Shown here: positions 44,658 through 53,967 of the stretch, piece by piece
Layout of the letters: each line of letters begins with the position of its first letter
How positions within the stretch are numbered: the stretch's first letter is position 1
NCBI GenBank assembly: GCA_964489065.1
Contig: CAZAXH010000009.1
Coordinates: 7,616-71,615 of the forward strand
DNA: 64,000 bases
Origin: an uncultured Planctomycetales bacterium
GTDB taxonomy: Bacteria > Omnitrophota > Gorgyraeia > Zapsychrales > JANLHA01
Reading direction: 5' to 3'
Program-made: the position numbers and the translations under genes
The notes under the pieces: generated by a model
The model's database searches: none
Seen by the model: the letters and a program-made list of their open reading frames with translations, nothing else
What the model was told of the DNA's origin: nothing

Positions 44658-46880
44658 TCAACACATCTCTTCCCGGCACGACATAAAAACAAGACCGATA
44701 AAAAACCCCCAAAAAACAACCAAAACAAGAAACAAACTCCCCTGCCCCAGCGGCGGATGAAACTCAAAACGCACGTCATTGTTTCCGGCCAGGAGCCATA
44801 TCCCCTTAAAGGCGTAATTGCTGCGGAACACCCGGACGCGGACGCCGTTGACATACGCCCTCCACCAGGGATGATAACTGTCGTTATACACAAGAAATTT
44901 ATCTTTGCCAAACGCCGTCGTGAGCCGGATCCTGTCGGAGCCAAATCCCGTCACCCGGAAACTTTCCGACCCGCTTGTTACGGCCCGCGCGGGAGCGACT
45001 TCCTCAGGTCGCTCCCACCCGCGGACATCCTGCATAGTGTCGGTCATGATCACGGCGCGATTGCGCAAACCCGAAAGATCATCCCCCAGACGGTTAAAAT
45101 CGGTTTGTGCCTCCGTAGCGGCATACACATGGTCATACAAAACGAATTTGTACCGGGCATAAGAGTGCAGCCGTTCTCCCACCCGTTGGAAAAGCTTCTT
45201 GCTCCAGACCGTCGGATAACCGTACAGAGAGGAAGAATAGCCCGGGGCGTCTTTCTGTTCGATCATGTGCCTGTAAAATGTCTGATAAAAACCATGGTCA
45301 TCCAGGGATGATCCCGTTCCCTTGTTTCCCAAAGGGCGCAAAAAAACAAAGTTCGGGGAGCTCGGCCTGTCCTCCCGGCTCTGTTCCGCAACAGGGGCCT
45401 CCACCCGGCGGGCGCTGTCCATATACTGGGAATAAACCGTAACAGGCTGCAAAAGCGAAAGACACGCCACGAGCCCGCAGGCCAGGCCAGGACGGTTTTT
45501 GAACAGTCCCCAACCCCAAGCAATCATAAAAAACAAACTGGCGGCAACCGTCATAAGGCCAACACCCCCTCCCTCCGGCAACCGGAACAGGAACATCCCG
45601 CAGCAGAGATGCACAAAAAGAATCCATGCCCATGTCCATTTCTTAACTTTAGAAAACGCCCCTTCCTCGACAAAGAAACTCCGGACCTGCGCCAGTGTCC
45701 AGAGGATATACGCCGCCAATAAAAAAGGAAGAAATAAAAAAACATTACGGAACAGATTAAAACCCGGAACGACCTTGAATAAAACACCATAAACAAAAAC
45801 GGTATCCGGGATGCAAATCAAAAAAAGCAAAAAAGTAATCAGAAAAAGGGCTAAAACTTTTTTCTGCCCCCGGGTTGCCAGGGACGCCAAAGAAAGAATA
45901 TGGGTAACCAGCGGCACGTAAAAAATCCTCTGATTAAAGAAATCAAATCCCAGGAAGGCGGCGCAGCCCTGGATATAAAGAAACAGCCGGGGGACACTGA
46001 ACAACAGGAATATATTAAAAAAGGAGAAATCCCGCGCGAATTCAACGAGGGGGACTCCTGACCCTTTCACGTCGGTGAAAGAAAGTGCTGTCGCCCGCAC
46101 CTGCGCGGTCAGGCCGTCCCGGAAAAACAGCCATGTTGTGACCGGGCCCCAGGCCGCTATCGCAAGCCCGGCTAACCCGACGACACCCAGCCCTTTATGA
46201 CGCCGGATAAACGTCATCATCCGGGACGCCCGAGGGAAAACCTCGCGCGGATATATCAACCCTATAATCAGGACCACCAATGCCATGACGGTCAAAAAAT
46301 AAAAAGGAATATATGTGGTCATGATGATCATCAGGGCAAAGACGGAGCCCAGGAAAGACTTCGGGGACCATGTTTTAAGCCAATCCGACACAAAGAAAAA
46401 AAACCAGACCGCCGGGACAAAAATGAGGATATAGGTCAACTGGACAAACAGCGTCATCCCGAGGGAAGAAAACATAAGGAAAACAAAAGCGCAGTAAGCC
46501 AGGCAGGAGTCCCCCAACACGCTTTTCGCAAGATGGTAAAAGCCGAGCAGTCCGACCCCCCAGTAGAAAACAACCGTCGCGACAAAGGCATGATACGTCC
46601 CCCAGCCCAAATGACTTAACAGCAAAACAAGAAACCAGACCGGGTTAAACTCCCCCGCCTGATGAACATGCCCCATCCCCGACAGCAAATAAGGATTCCA
46701 GGACGGAAAAACGCCGGAAGCCAGATGGTCCAAATAATACTTAACGACCGCATAAATAGCAAACGTATCCTCGCTTAAAAACGTTTTATTCAGGATAAAA
46801 TCACGGACCAGAAACAGCCACCCGCTAAAAGGCAAAATAAATTTCAAGAAAACACAATAACGGGATGATGACAATGTCAT
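44658..46880 (-). CDS. large polytopic membrane protein, YfhO-like/GT-C-superfamily candidate
   Basis: 740 aa with about 13 TM helices followed by a ~230-aa C-terminal extracytoplasmic domain. The architecture resembles YfhO-type glycosylation proteins. Low-specificity call. Confidence 0.35.
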   Translation of the reverse strand: MTLSSSRYCVFLKFILPFSGWLFLVRDFILNKTFLSEDTFAIYAVVKYYLDHLASGVFPSWNPYLLSGMGHVHQAGEFNPVWFLVLLLSHLGWGTYHAFVATVVFYWGVGLLGFYHLAKSVLGDSCLAYCAFVFLMFSSLGMTLFVQLTYILIFVPAVWFFFFVSDWLKTWSPKSFLGSVFALMIIMTTYIPFYFLTVMALVVLIIGLIYPREVFPRASRMMTFIRRHKGLGVVGLAGLAIAAWGPVTTWLFFRDGLTAQVRATALSFTDVKGSGVPLVEFARDFSFFNIFLLFSVPRLFLYIQGCAAFLGFDFFNQRIFYVPLVTHILSLASLATRGQKKVLALFLITFLLFLICIPDTVFVYGVLFKVVPGFNLFRNVFLFLPFLLAAYILWTLAQVRSFFVEEGAFSKVKKWTWAWILFVHLCCGMFLFRLPEGGGVGLMTVAASLFFMIAWGWGLFKNRPGLACGLVACLSLLQPVTVYSQYMDSARRVEAPVAEQSREDRPSSPNFVFLRPLGNKGTGSSLDDHGFYQTFYRHMIEQKDAPGYSSSLYGYPTVWSKKLFQRVGERLHSYARYKFVLYDHVYAATEAQTDFNRLGDDLSGLRNRAVIMTDTMQDVRGWERPEEVAPARAVTSGSESFRVTGFGSDRIRLTTAFGKDKFLVYNDSYHPWWRAYVNGVRVRVFRSNYAFKGIWLLAGNNDVRFEFHPPLGQGSLFLVLVVFWGFFIGLVFMSCREEMC

Positions 46881-46909
46881 ACCACACCCTCACGGGAACA
46901 AAAGCAAGG

Positions 46910-47485
46910 TTAAATTTTCTGCGTGCACCGGGAAATCACCCGGGCCAAAGCATCCGCAACCATAAAAAAACTCGGGCGGTTGGTGACCCGATATTTTCCC
47001 CCGCACACCGTAATACTGCGCGCAGCCAGCAACCGGGCGATGCGGCGGTTCAGGATGACGCGGTTATTATACCGCTCATAAAGCTCACCCAGGGTTAATC
47101 CCTGCGGATACCGCCGGTATAATTCCCTGATCAACCTTAAGCGGATTGAAGATTCGTACGGGCCGAAAACACACAAGACATAAAGAAAACTTAACAACGC
47201 ATAAATACCCCAAGACAGCAAAAGCAAAAGCGCGTGATAGGCCCACGTTTGGAAAAACATATTTCCCGAGAAGACCACAAACAAGCCCGCGTTCACAAAG
47301 CTGCCCAAGATAAAAAGCGCCATAATCCATTTCAGCACGCCTCCTTCGCTAATAAAACGGAACCAAACGAACTGAATCACCAAAAAAACGGTAAAACTGA
47401 TAAAAGCCGTCAGGCAAATTGTGATATCAGGATTCATGAATACGCCCCCCTTTTTCAGTTTCTTATCCGCCCCACCCACGGCCAT
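46910..47485 (-). CDS. small membrane protein with C-terminal winged-helix-like domain (paralog 1)
   Basis: Four N-terminal TM helices, then GLTLGELYERYNNRVILNRRIARLLAARSITVCGGKYRVTNR, a wHTH-like segment. Confidence 0.4.
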   Translation of the reverse strand: MAVGGADKKLKKGGVFMNPDITICLTAFISFTVFLVIQFVWFRFISEGGVLKWIMALFILGSFVNAGLFVVFSGNMFFQTWAYHALLLLLSWGIYALLSFLYVLCVFGPYESSIRLRLIRELYRRYPQGLTLGELYERYNNRVILNRRIARLLAARSITVCGGKYRVTNRPSFFMVADALARVISRCTQKI

Positions 47486-47969
47486 TCAGTTTTTGATACA
47501 ATTCCAGACAGCGGGCAAGGCGCGCGCCCCTGCCGGTTAAAATAAAGCAGCCGTTTTCTTCCCGGATATACCCGGTCTTCAAAAGGTCCTCCAGACGGGG
47601 ACGGATTAAGCGGTCATTATCCAGAACCTGGGACAGCTCTTCAAACGTAAGCAAACCCCGTTCCCGTAGTAAAACCGTCAACAGCCGTGAAGGACTTTCC
47701 ACTTGCGTGCCAAAATAAAAAATCAGATAGACAGGGACCAGCAAGACATACAGAAGAATCGCGCTCATCCCTAAAGGGGCGACGGCAACCCCGCCCGAGA
47801 GAGGAGCCGTAGGAACATCCACCCGCAGCACCAGAGCTATCAATCCGGCCGCGGCTATACCCAAAAATGATTTGATATGCAGGCAGACCCGCTTCTGCGC
47901 CCGGCACCAGATCCAATGAACCAAGATCGCCCCTAAAAAAACCAGCAAACTCTCACTTACAACCGCCAT
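47463..47969 (-). CDS. small membrane protein with C-terminal winged-helix-like domain (paralog 2)
   Basis: Same architecture as the neighbouring gene: TM helices, then LTFEELSQVLDNDRLIRPRLEDLLKTGYIREENGCFILTGRG. It overlaps its paralog by 23 nt. Confidence 0.4.
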   Translation of the reverse strand: MAVVSESLLVFLGAILVHWIWCRAQKRVCLHIKSFLGIAAAGLIALVLRVDVPTAPLSGGVAVAPLGMSAILLYVLLVPVYLIFYFGTQVESPSRLLTVLLRERGLLTFEELSQVLDNDRLIRPRLEDLLKTGYIREENGCFILTGRGARLARCLELYQKLNGRGWGG

Positions 47970-47989
47970 AATCGCGTTCTATCCTTTGT

Positions 47990-48712
47990 TCAGGGAATAA
48001 ACCAATAATAATCCCCTTGATACCCCGCCTCCGCGAAAAACTGTTTCCATTCTTCCACGTGCATATACGTCTGTGCGGTCAGATTCCAAGCATCCATACG
48101 CCGCTGGTCCTCTTCATTCCGGTAGGCATCCACGGTAATGAAAGCATACCGCCGGGACACGCGCTGAATTTCCTGCAGGGCTTTCCGGCAGGCCTCCCGT
48201 TCAAGATTGTGAATCGTGTTGATGGAGATGACAAGGTCGAATGAGGCGTCCGGGAAAGGCAACTCCCGAGCGTCGGCTTTCCGTAAAAACGGTTTTACTT
48301 CCGCCTTCGCGTTTTCCAAAGCATAATCCGAAATATCGACACCGGCGACCACGATTCCCGGGATCAACGTCATGAAATCATACAGCATAAAACCTTTACC
48401 GCACCCGATGTCCAGAATACGGGTTCCGGACGCAATCCCATACTGCTCCTGAAAAGCAGGGACCACCGGCTGCCAGAAACGGGGCTGATAGCTGTAACCG
48501 CCGTAACCGTATCGCCGGTCGCCGTCAAAGAAATCCCGGCCAAAAAGACGGGCGATCTTTTTCTCCTCCTCCGTCTTGGTACGCAGGCGTTCGTTTAAGT
48601 CCCGACGTGTCTGCGGATAGCGGGCTAATAAATTAATCTCTCCCATAAATATAGAAACCACGGATCTAGAAAAATTATTTCGAGCCGCACCGGATATTGG
48701 CCGTGCCCTCAT
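47990..48712 (-). CDS. class I SAM-dependent methyltransferase
   Basis: ILDIGCGKGFMLYDF (motif I), later DLVISINTIHNL. Start uncertain (alternative ATG at 48646). Confidence 0.7.
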   Translation of the reverse strand: MRARPISGAARNNFSRSVVSIFMGEINLLARYPQTRRDLNERLRTKTEEEKKIARLFGRDFFDGDRRYGYGGYSYQPRFWQPVVPAFQEQYGIASGTRILDIGCGKGFMLYDFMTLIPGIVVAGVDISDYALENAKAEVKPFLRKADARELPFPDASFDLVISINTIHNLEREACRKALQEIQRVSRRYAFITVDAYRNEEDQRRMDAWNLTAQTYMHVEEWKQFFAEAGYQGDYYWFIP

Positions 48713-49499
48713 CCTGTTTGCCCGCCGGAAACCCGCAGCATCGCATCACGTCCGCGGACCGGTGTAAGGCAGCGGAACTGATCCTTATCGGCTTTTTATT
48801 AAACTCCAGGTTATGGCTCAGTTTGATTTCCCTGACCAGTTTAAAAAACGTGGACACCACGTCCAGGAAACTTTTCAGCCCCAGGGACGAACTCCCTTCC
48901 ACCCCCGTCTGCATATATCCAGGGATCTCATGAAACGTGCACCCGGAGCGCAGGCATTTAATGGTCAATTCGGCGACGATGCTGAAGCGTTTCGACCGGA
49001 TACGGAAGCCGCGGATCTTGTCGGTTGGATAAATGCACGGGCTGTTAATATACTGGATAAAAACGTTAAACACGCACATATACACCAGCCCGTACAGGGC
49101 GGAGATCACGTTGCGCAGGCGGCCGCGGTCTTCCTTATTGATGAAATAAGCCAGAATTAAATCCGCTTTATCGTAATTCCTAAACAGGCTCGTGATCAGG
49201 TCCGGCGCCATGTCGTTATCTCCAGGCACGATCATGAATTTAGGGTACCGCGCCTGGGCCAGGGCGTCTTTAATGCACACCCCCAAGCCCGAATTCTCCG
49301 CATGGTGAATCCCTCGCACGCAGGGAAATTCTTTTTCCAATTCCGTGATAATCTGCCCCGTGCGGTCGCGGCTCCCATCATTGACGATAATAATCTCGAT
49401 CGTGAGCGCCCCCGCCGCTTCGGCGGACCGCACGATGTTCTTCACCGTTTCACGGAGAAGATCCTCCTCGTTATAAGCCGGTACGACAACCGATATCAT
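48675..49499 (-). CDS. family 2 glycosyltransferase
   Basis: MISVVVPAYNEEDLL...IIIVNDGSRDRT...MIVPGDND (GT-A DxD). Confidence 0.8.
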   Translation of the reverse strand: MISVVVPAYNEEDLLRETVKNIVRSAEAAGALTIEIIIVNDGSRDRTGQIITELEKEFPCVRGIHHAENSGLGVCIKDALAQARYPKFMIVPGDNDMAPDLITSLFRNYDKADLILAYFINKEDRGRLRNVISALYGLVYMCVFNVFIQYINSPCIYPTDKIRGFRIRSKRFSIVAELTIKCLRSGCTFHEIPGYMQTGVEGSSSLGLKSFLDVVSTFFKLVREIKLSHNLEFNKKPIRISSAALHRSADVMRCCGFPAGKQDEGTANIRCGSK

Positions 49500-51255
49500 C
49501 CGACACCCCCATAATTTGCCGCAGTTCTTCCGCCGGGAGTTTGGGATCGAGATCCTCCAACCCGGCCCCGAACTTCAGCATGGGAACAATTTTCTGGTCT
49601 TTGACAATCTCCGCCACGCAAAGCACGGGCCCGGGCGTTTTGAAAATTCGCTCGAGCGCGGGCTTTATGTCCGCGTGGTCTTTAATATTCACGTACGGCA
49701 GGTTAAAACCGGCGGCGATAGCCTGAAAATCCGGGAAATACAAACCGCTGGCCTCATCAACCGCCGTATAACGGGAGTTCAGCCATGTGTCAATGGTCTG
49801 CCGTTGAATCCCGTGCCCCTGGTTAAACATGATAAAAATCTTAACCGGCAAATCGTAGCGCCGCACCGTGCCCAGTTCTTCCAGGCTCATCATAATACCC
49901 CCGTCGCCGGTGACGCACGCCACCTCGCCTCCGCCCGCGCACGCCGCCCCCACGCTCGCCGGCAGCGCATAGCCCATCGGCGTGTGGTTCCAGGCGGAGA
50001 TGATCCGCTGCTGCGGCTTCACCCGGAACGTCTGCATGGTCCAGGCGAGATTGGCGCCGGTATCCGCGACGACCACGCTCCCTTCCGGCAGCGCCGCGGA
50101 CAACTCGTTAATAAACACAACGCCGTCCACCCGTTCCTGTCTCTGATAACGCTCCGGCGTGCAGACCGGATAGGTCTTTTGCCAGGTTTTGATATGCTCC
50201 CGCCACGGGGAGAAAGGATCGCCGGAACCCGGCGCCGGACGGGCGTCTGCCAAAGCGGCAAAAAAGTCACGCAGATCCGCTTCAATGGCCAGGTCAAGAC
50301 ACAATTCATCCGGGGTGAATTTCATCAATTCTTCCCGGTCAATATCAACCATCACTTTTTTCGCGCCGGGAGCGAAAAGAGACGGCTTCCCTCCCGTGAT
50401 CATCTGGCACAACCGGGTGCCCAGGGCGATGACGAGATCAGCGTTCTGCACGGCAAAATTTCCCGCCCGGGGCCCGCACACGCCCAGGCCGCCCATGTTA
50501 AGCGGATGATCCACCGGCACGATATCCTTCCCCCCCCAGGTCAACAGAACCGGTAAGCCGAAATTCTCCAAAAACCGCACGGCCTGCCCTGCCGTCCGGG
50601 AGATCGACACCCCAGCGCCCATAATGACGATCGGCCGCCGGGATTCCCGCAACAGAGCCAGGAGTTCATCCGCCGGCCCCCGCAGGTCCGCAGCCCCGGC
50701 ACCGGGAGGGACAAAAGCCTTCAAAGTGTCCGGCGCAATATCGGCCCGCTGCAGGTCGTCCGGGATATCCAATAGCACCGGGCCCGGCCGTCCCTCCTGG
50801 GCCAGGAAAGCCGCTTTTTCCAATTCGTAACGGATATCCTCCGGCCGCCGCACCTGCACGACGTATTTCGTGATGGATTTAAAAACGGCCACCACGTCGG
50901 TTTCCTGAAAGCCTTTCTGGCGCAGGGCCGCGCTTTTTTTGATGCGGAACGTGGCGACCTGGCCGCAAATAAAAATCACGGGGATCGAATCAAAGAACGC
51001 GTTGGCCACGCTAGTCGTCAGGTTCGTCGCGCCGGGGCCGCTTGTCACCATGGCCACCCCCGGGCACCGGGCGATACGGGCGTACCCGTCGGCCGCCGCG
51101 CCCGCCCCCTGCTCATGCTGGGTGCACACAACCCGCAAAGACGGATGCCGGGCGGCCGAATCGACCGAATGAATGATCGCCCCGCCGGAAACAAGGAACA
51201 CGTGCGTGATCCCCTGCCGGGCCAGAAAATCCGCCACATAATCGGAAAGCTTCAC
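49471..51255 (-). CDS. thiamine-diphosphate enzyme of the acetolactate-synthase (IlvB) superfamily
   Basis: VKLSDYVADFLARQGITHVFLVSGGA... N-terminal Pyr domain and C-terminal GDGGIMMSLEELGTVRRYDLPVKIFIMFNQGHG ThDP motif. The start is assigned to GTG at 51255, whose GTGA overlaps the stop of the upstream methyltransferase. The tracked ORF extends 83 codons further, wholly inside that gene. Confidence 0.75.
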   Translation of the reverse strand: MKLSDYVADFLARQGITHVFLVSGGAIIHSVDSAARHPSLRVVCTQHEQGAGAAADGYARIARCPGVAMVTSGPGATNLTTSVANAFFDSIPVIFICGQVATFRIKKSAALRQKGFQETDVVAVFKSITKYVVQVRRPEDIRYELEKAAFLAQEGRPGPVLLDIPDDLQRADIAPDTLKAFVPPGAGAADLRGPADELLALLRESRRPIVIMGAGVSISRTAGQAVRFLENFGLPVLLTWGGKDIVPVDHPLNMGGLGVCGPRAGNFAVQNADLVIALGTRLCQMITGGKPSLFAPGAKKVMVDIDREELMKFTPDELCLDLAIEADLRDFFAALADARPAPGSGDPFSPWREHIKTWQKTYPVCTPERYQRQERVDGVVFINELSAALPEGSVVVADTGANLAWTMQTFRVKPQQRIISAWNHTPMGYALPASVGAACAGGGEVACVTGDGGIMMSLEELGTVRRYDLPVKIFIMFNQGHGIQRQTIDTWLNSRYTAVDEASGLYFPDFQAIAAGFNLPYVNIKDHADIKPALERIFKTPGPVLCVAEIVKDQKIVPMLKFGAGLEDLDPKLPAEELRQIMGVSDDIGCRTGL

Positions 51256-51947
51256 GGGCTTTTCCTCTCTTTCAGGCCGACCCCCATGCCGAAAATATAA
51301 TGCGCCATCGGCCCATAGCCGGTGTGCAGGACCTCGTCGTTCATCCCGAACATAAAAACATTGCGGAAATATTTTTCCATAAGCCCGCGCAAGGTCTTCT
51401 GGCTCATCAAATTGATATGCTGAATTTTGCTGCGGTACGTGGCGTACCGGTTGGCGGTGATATTCGGCGTACCGATCAGACACACGCCGTCGGGGGTCAG
51501 GCACCGCGCCTGGTTTTCCATAAACGCCCGGTTTAAATGCGGGTCCAGATGCTCGATCACGTCGATGGAATAAACGCCGTCAAACCTTTCCTCCGGAACC
51601 TGCCGGCAGATGTCCATCTGGCGGAAAACCACGTTCTTGATCTTTTTAAGCCGCTGCCGGTTCCCCCGGATAAGCCGCGCCACCGGATCGACCCCAACCA
51701 CGCGGGGCACCTGCTGGGCCACAATCGGGATGCCCATGCCGTCGCCGCAGCCCACTTCCAGAACGGCTTTTTTCCCCTCCAGCATTTTAGCGCAAAATTT
51801 ATACCGCGCCAAGACAAAGCCCAGGTGTTTAGGGTCGTGAAGCAGGCTGTAGGATGACCACGGCCCCAGTTTCAGGGACGGGATAAACTGATGATCCGTT
51901 CCCAGTTTAAGCGCTTCAGCTTGCGAAAGTGTCTTATTTTTTTTCAT
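51252..51947 (-). CDS. class I SAM-dependent methyltransferase
   Basis: VLEVGCGDGMGIPIV (motif I), VYSIDVIEHL (motif II/III region). Confidence 0.75.
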   Translation of the reverse strand: MKKNKTLSQAEALKLGTDHQFIPSLKLGPWSSYSLLHDPKHLGFVLARYKFCAKMLEGKKAVLEVGCGDGMGIPIVAQQVPRVVGVDPVARLIRGNRQRLKKIKNVVFRQMDICRQVPEERFDGVYSIDVIEHLDPHLNRAFMENQARCLTPDGVCLIGTPNITANRYATYRSKIQHINLMSQKTLRGLMEKYFRNVFMFGMNDEVLHTGYGPMAHYIFGMGVGLKERKSP

Positions 51948-52836
51948 GGCACCTTTTCTTTCTCGTTAAGAATTCATGCGACCCGCGCGTCTCCAAAGAG
52001 CTCTCCGGCAAACTCCCGTGCCGCCGCAATTTATAAAGATGCGGATTCTGTGCAAGCCGCTTCATAAGCTCCCGGCCCCCGTCGGCTTTCCAGGGATCAT
52101 GGACAACGGAAAAATTACGTCCCGAGGCCACGGTCTTCCCGGCCCGGATAAAGCGTTCGATGCAGTCATAAATATCCTGGTACGGCGTGCCGTCTTCCGT
52201 TTTCAAATACCGCACGGTCGCGCGGTATTTGTCCTTCGGGACATGCGGGTCATTTAAAACAGCCTGGTGAATCTTCGTCCTGGTCCATCCCGGCCCGACG
52301 ATGAACACATTCATATCCTGGTTTTCGGCATCCAGATATTCGCACATCTTGATGAGCATCAATTTGGACACCGTGTAAGCGGAAAAATTCCTGACCGGCT
52401 TGTTCACCCCTCCTCCGGCGAAGAAAACCACGTGCGTCCGGACGCGGGCCTTTCTCAAAGGATATAATGCGTGCAGCGCCCGCAGCTGCGCCAGGGCGTT
52501 GACTTCGACGGACTCTCTCCATCGCCCGAAGTCAGCCGCGAAAAACGCCTGGACCGGACAGGGGTCGCCCGCGCAGGAGATAAAAATATCCCACGGCGCC
52601 TTGAGCCCTTGATACCGCTTCAGGCAGCGTGACAGGCTGGCGGGTTTGGCGATGTCACAGCGGAGCATTTCACAATTCGGATACGCAGAAAGAGCGCTGA
52701 CCCCGGAAGAAGGCGTGCGGTATGTTCCGATCACCCGGTAGCCTTTTTTCAGATATTGCCCGGCGATGAATAAGCCGATGTCACTACTAGCCGCCAACAT
52801 AAAAACGGTTTTAGAACATTTCCCCACGGATCCCAT
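51934..52836 (-). CDS. short-chain dehydrogenase/reductase
   Basis: KTVFMLAASSDIGLFIAGQYLKKGYRVIGTYRT (TGxxxGIG-like), YTVSKLM (YxxxK). Start taken at the ATG giving MGSVGKCSKTVF. Confidence 0.65.
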   Translation of the reverse strand: MGSVGKCSKTVFMLAASSDIGLFIAGQYLKKGYRVIGTYRTPSSGVSALSAYPNCEMLRCDIAKPASLSRCLKRYQGLKAPWDIFISCAGDPCPVQAFFAADFGRWRESVEVNALAQLRALHALYPLRKARVRTHVVFFAGGGVNKPVRNFSAYTVSKLMLIKMCEYLDAENQDMNVFIVGPGWTRTKIHQAVLNDPHVPKDKYRATVRYLKTEDGTPYQDIYDCIERFIRAGKTVASGRNFSVVHDPWKADGGRELMKRLAQNPHLYKLRRHGSLPESSLETRGSHEFLTRKKRCHEKK

Positions 52837-52916
52837 CCTCCGGCACCGGGCTTCCTGACGCCTCTCCACCGCAAACTTCTCCTATTATTATATGAGCACG
52901 GCTCCCAGCTCCAACA

Positions 52917-53951
52917 TCAATACGGCCCCAAAAACGGTGCATCTTCCTTAATCTGTTTCTTATTGTAAAAAATATCCCGGGCCAGGAGCTCCAGCGCGAT
53001 TTCAATAATCGTATGGCAGGACGGGTAAAAACAGTCTTCCAACGGTTTGGAAACCGGGCAGGGGCTGAACGCCCAGCCCACGCGCTTCACCGGCGCTTTC
53101 AGCGCCGGGAACGCCCGGTCCGCAACCAGCGCCGCCACCTCAGCGGAAAATCCGCAGGGCAGCCAGTCATTATCGACGCACATCAGCCGGCCGGTTTTCC
53201 GCACGGACGCGCAGATGGTTTCCCCGTCAACCGGCTGCAGGCACACCGGATCAATGACTTCGATCTCGATGCCCTGGCCGGATAAAATTTCCGCCGCCTT
53301 CAGCGCTTCCGAAACCATGAGCGAGGTGGCCACGACCGTCAGATCCCGCCCCTCCCGATGCACGCGTGCTTTCCCGAAAGGAACCTCATAGGGGTCTTCC
53401 GGTACCGGACCTTCCGCATCGTACAGGGCCCGGGACTCAAAAACCAGGACCGGACCGTCTGTCCTCAGCCCCCGCAAAATAAGCCCCTTTACCAAATAGG
53501 GAGAACTCGGGACAACCACGTGCAGGCCGGGATAATGCGCGCAAAGCGCCTGGATGTTCTGGGAATGCGTGACGCCCTGGCCCCAGCCTTTTCCCACAAT
53601 CGCCCGGACCAGACAAGGGACGGAGCTTTTCCCGGCATACACGTATTTCCACTTCGCCGCATTATTAAGCAGCTGATCCAAAGCCAGAAACATAAAATCA
53701 TGCCGGGCATGCACCAGAACCGGCCTTTTCCCGTTCAAAGCGGCCCCCAGCATGATCCCCGTCAGAGCGTTCTCGCTGGCGGGCGTGTCAAAAACCCTCT
53801 CGGGGCCGAACTTCAAAAAAGCGGCGTGGGTTGTTCCGAATATCCCCTTGTAATCATCCACGCCGAGCCCGAAAATAAACACATCCGGGTCCCGGAGCAT
53901 CCCCTGAACCAAGGCCTCGCTGATCGCCTCTTTATATGTTAACGTTCGCAT
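52917..53951 (-). CDS. 2-oxoacid/acetoin dehydrogenase E1 component beta subunit-like (transketolase-like Pyr and C domains)
   Basis: MRTLTYKEAISEAL...FGLGVDD...FDTPASENALTGIMLGAALNGKRPV is collinear with E1-beta. RBS GGGAGAA lies 4 nt upstream. Confidence 0.8.
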   Translation of the reverse strand: MRTLTYKEAISEALVQGMLRDPDVFIFGLGVDDYKGIFGTTHAAFLKFGPERVFDTPASENALTGIMLGAALNGKRPVLVHARHDFMFLALDQLLNNAAKWKYVYAGKSSVPCLVRAIVGKGWGQGVTHSQNIQALCAHYPGLHVVVPSSPYLVKGLILRGLRTDGPVLVFESRALYDAEGPVPEDPYEVPFGKARVHREGRDLTVVATSLMVSEALKAAEILSGQGIEIEVIDPVCLQPVDGETICASVRKTGRLMCVDNDWLPCGFSAEVAALVADRAFPALKAPVKRVGWAFSPCPVSKPLEDCFYPSCHTIIEIALELLARDIFYNKKQIKEDAPFLGPY

Positions 53952-53967
53952 CCGTTCTCCCGGAGTT

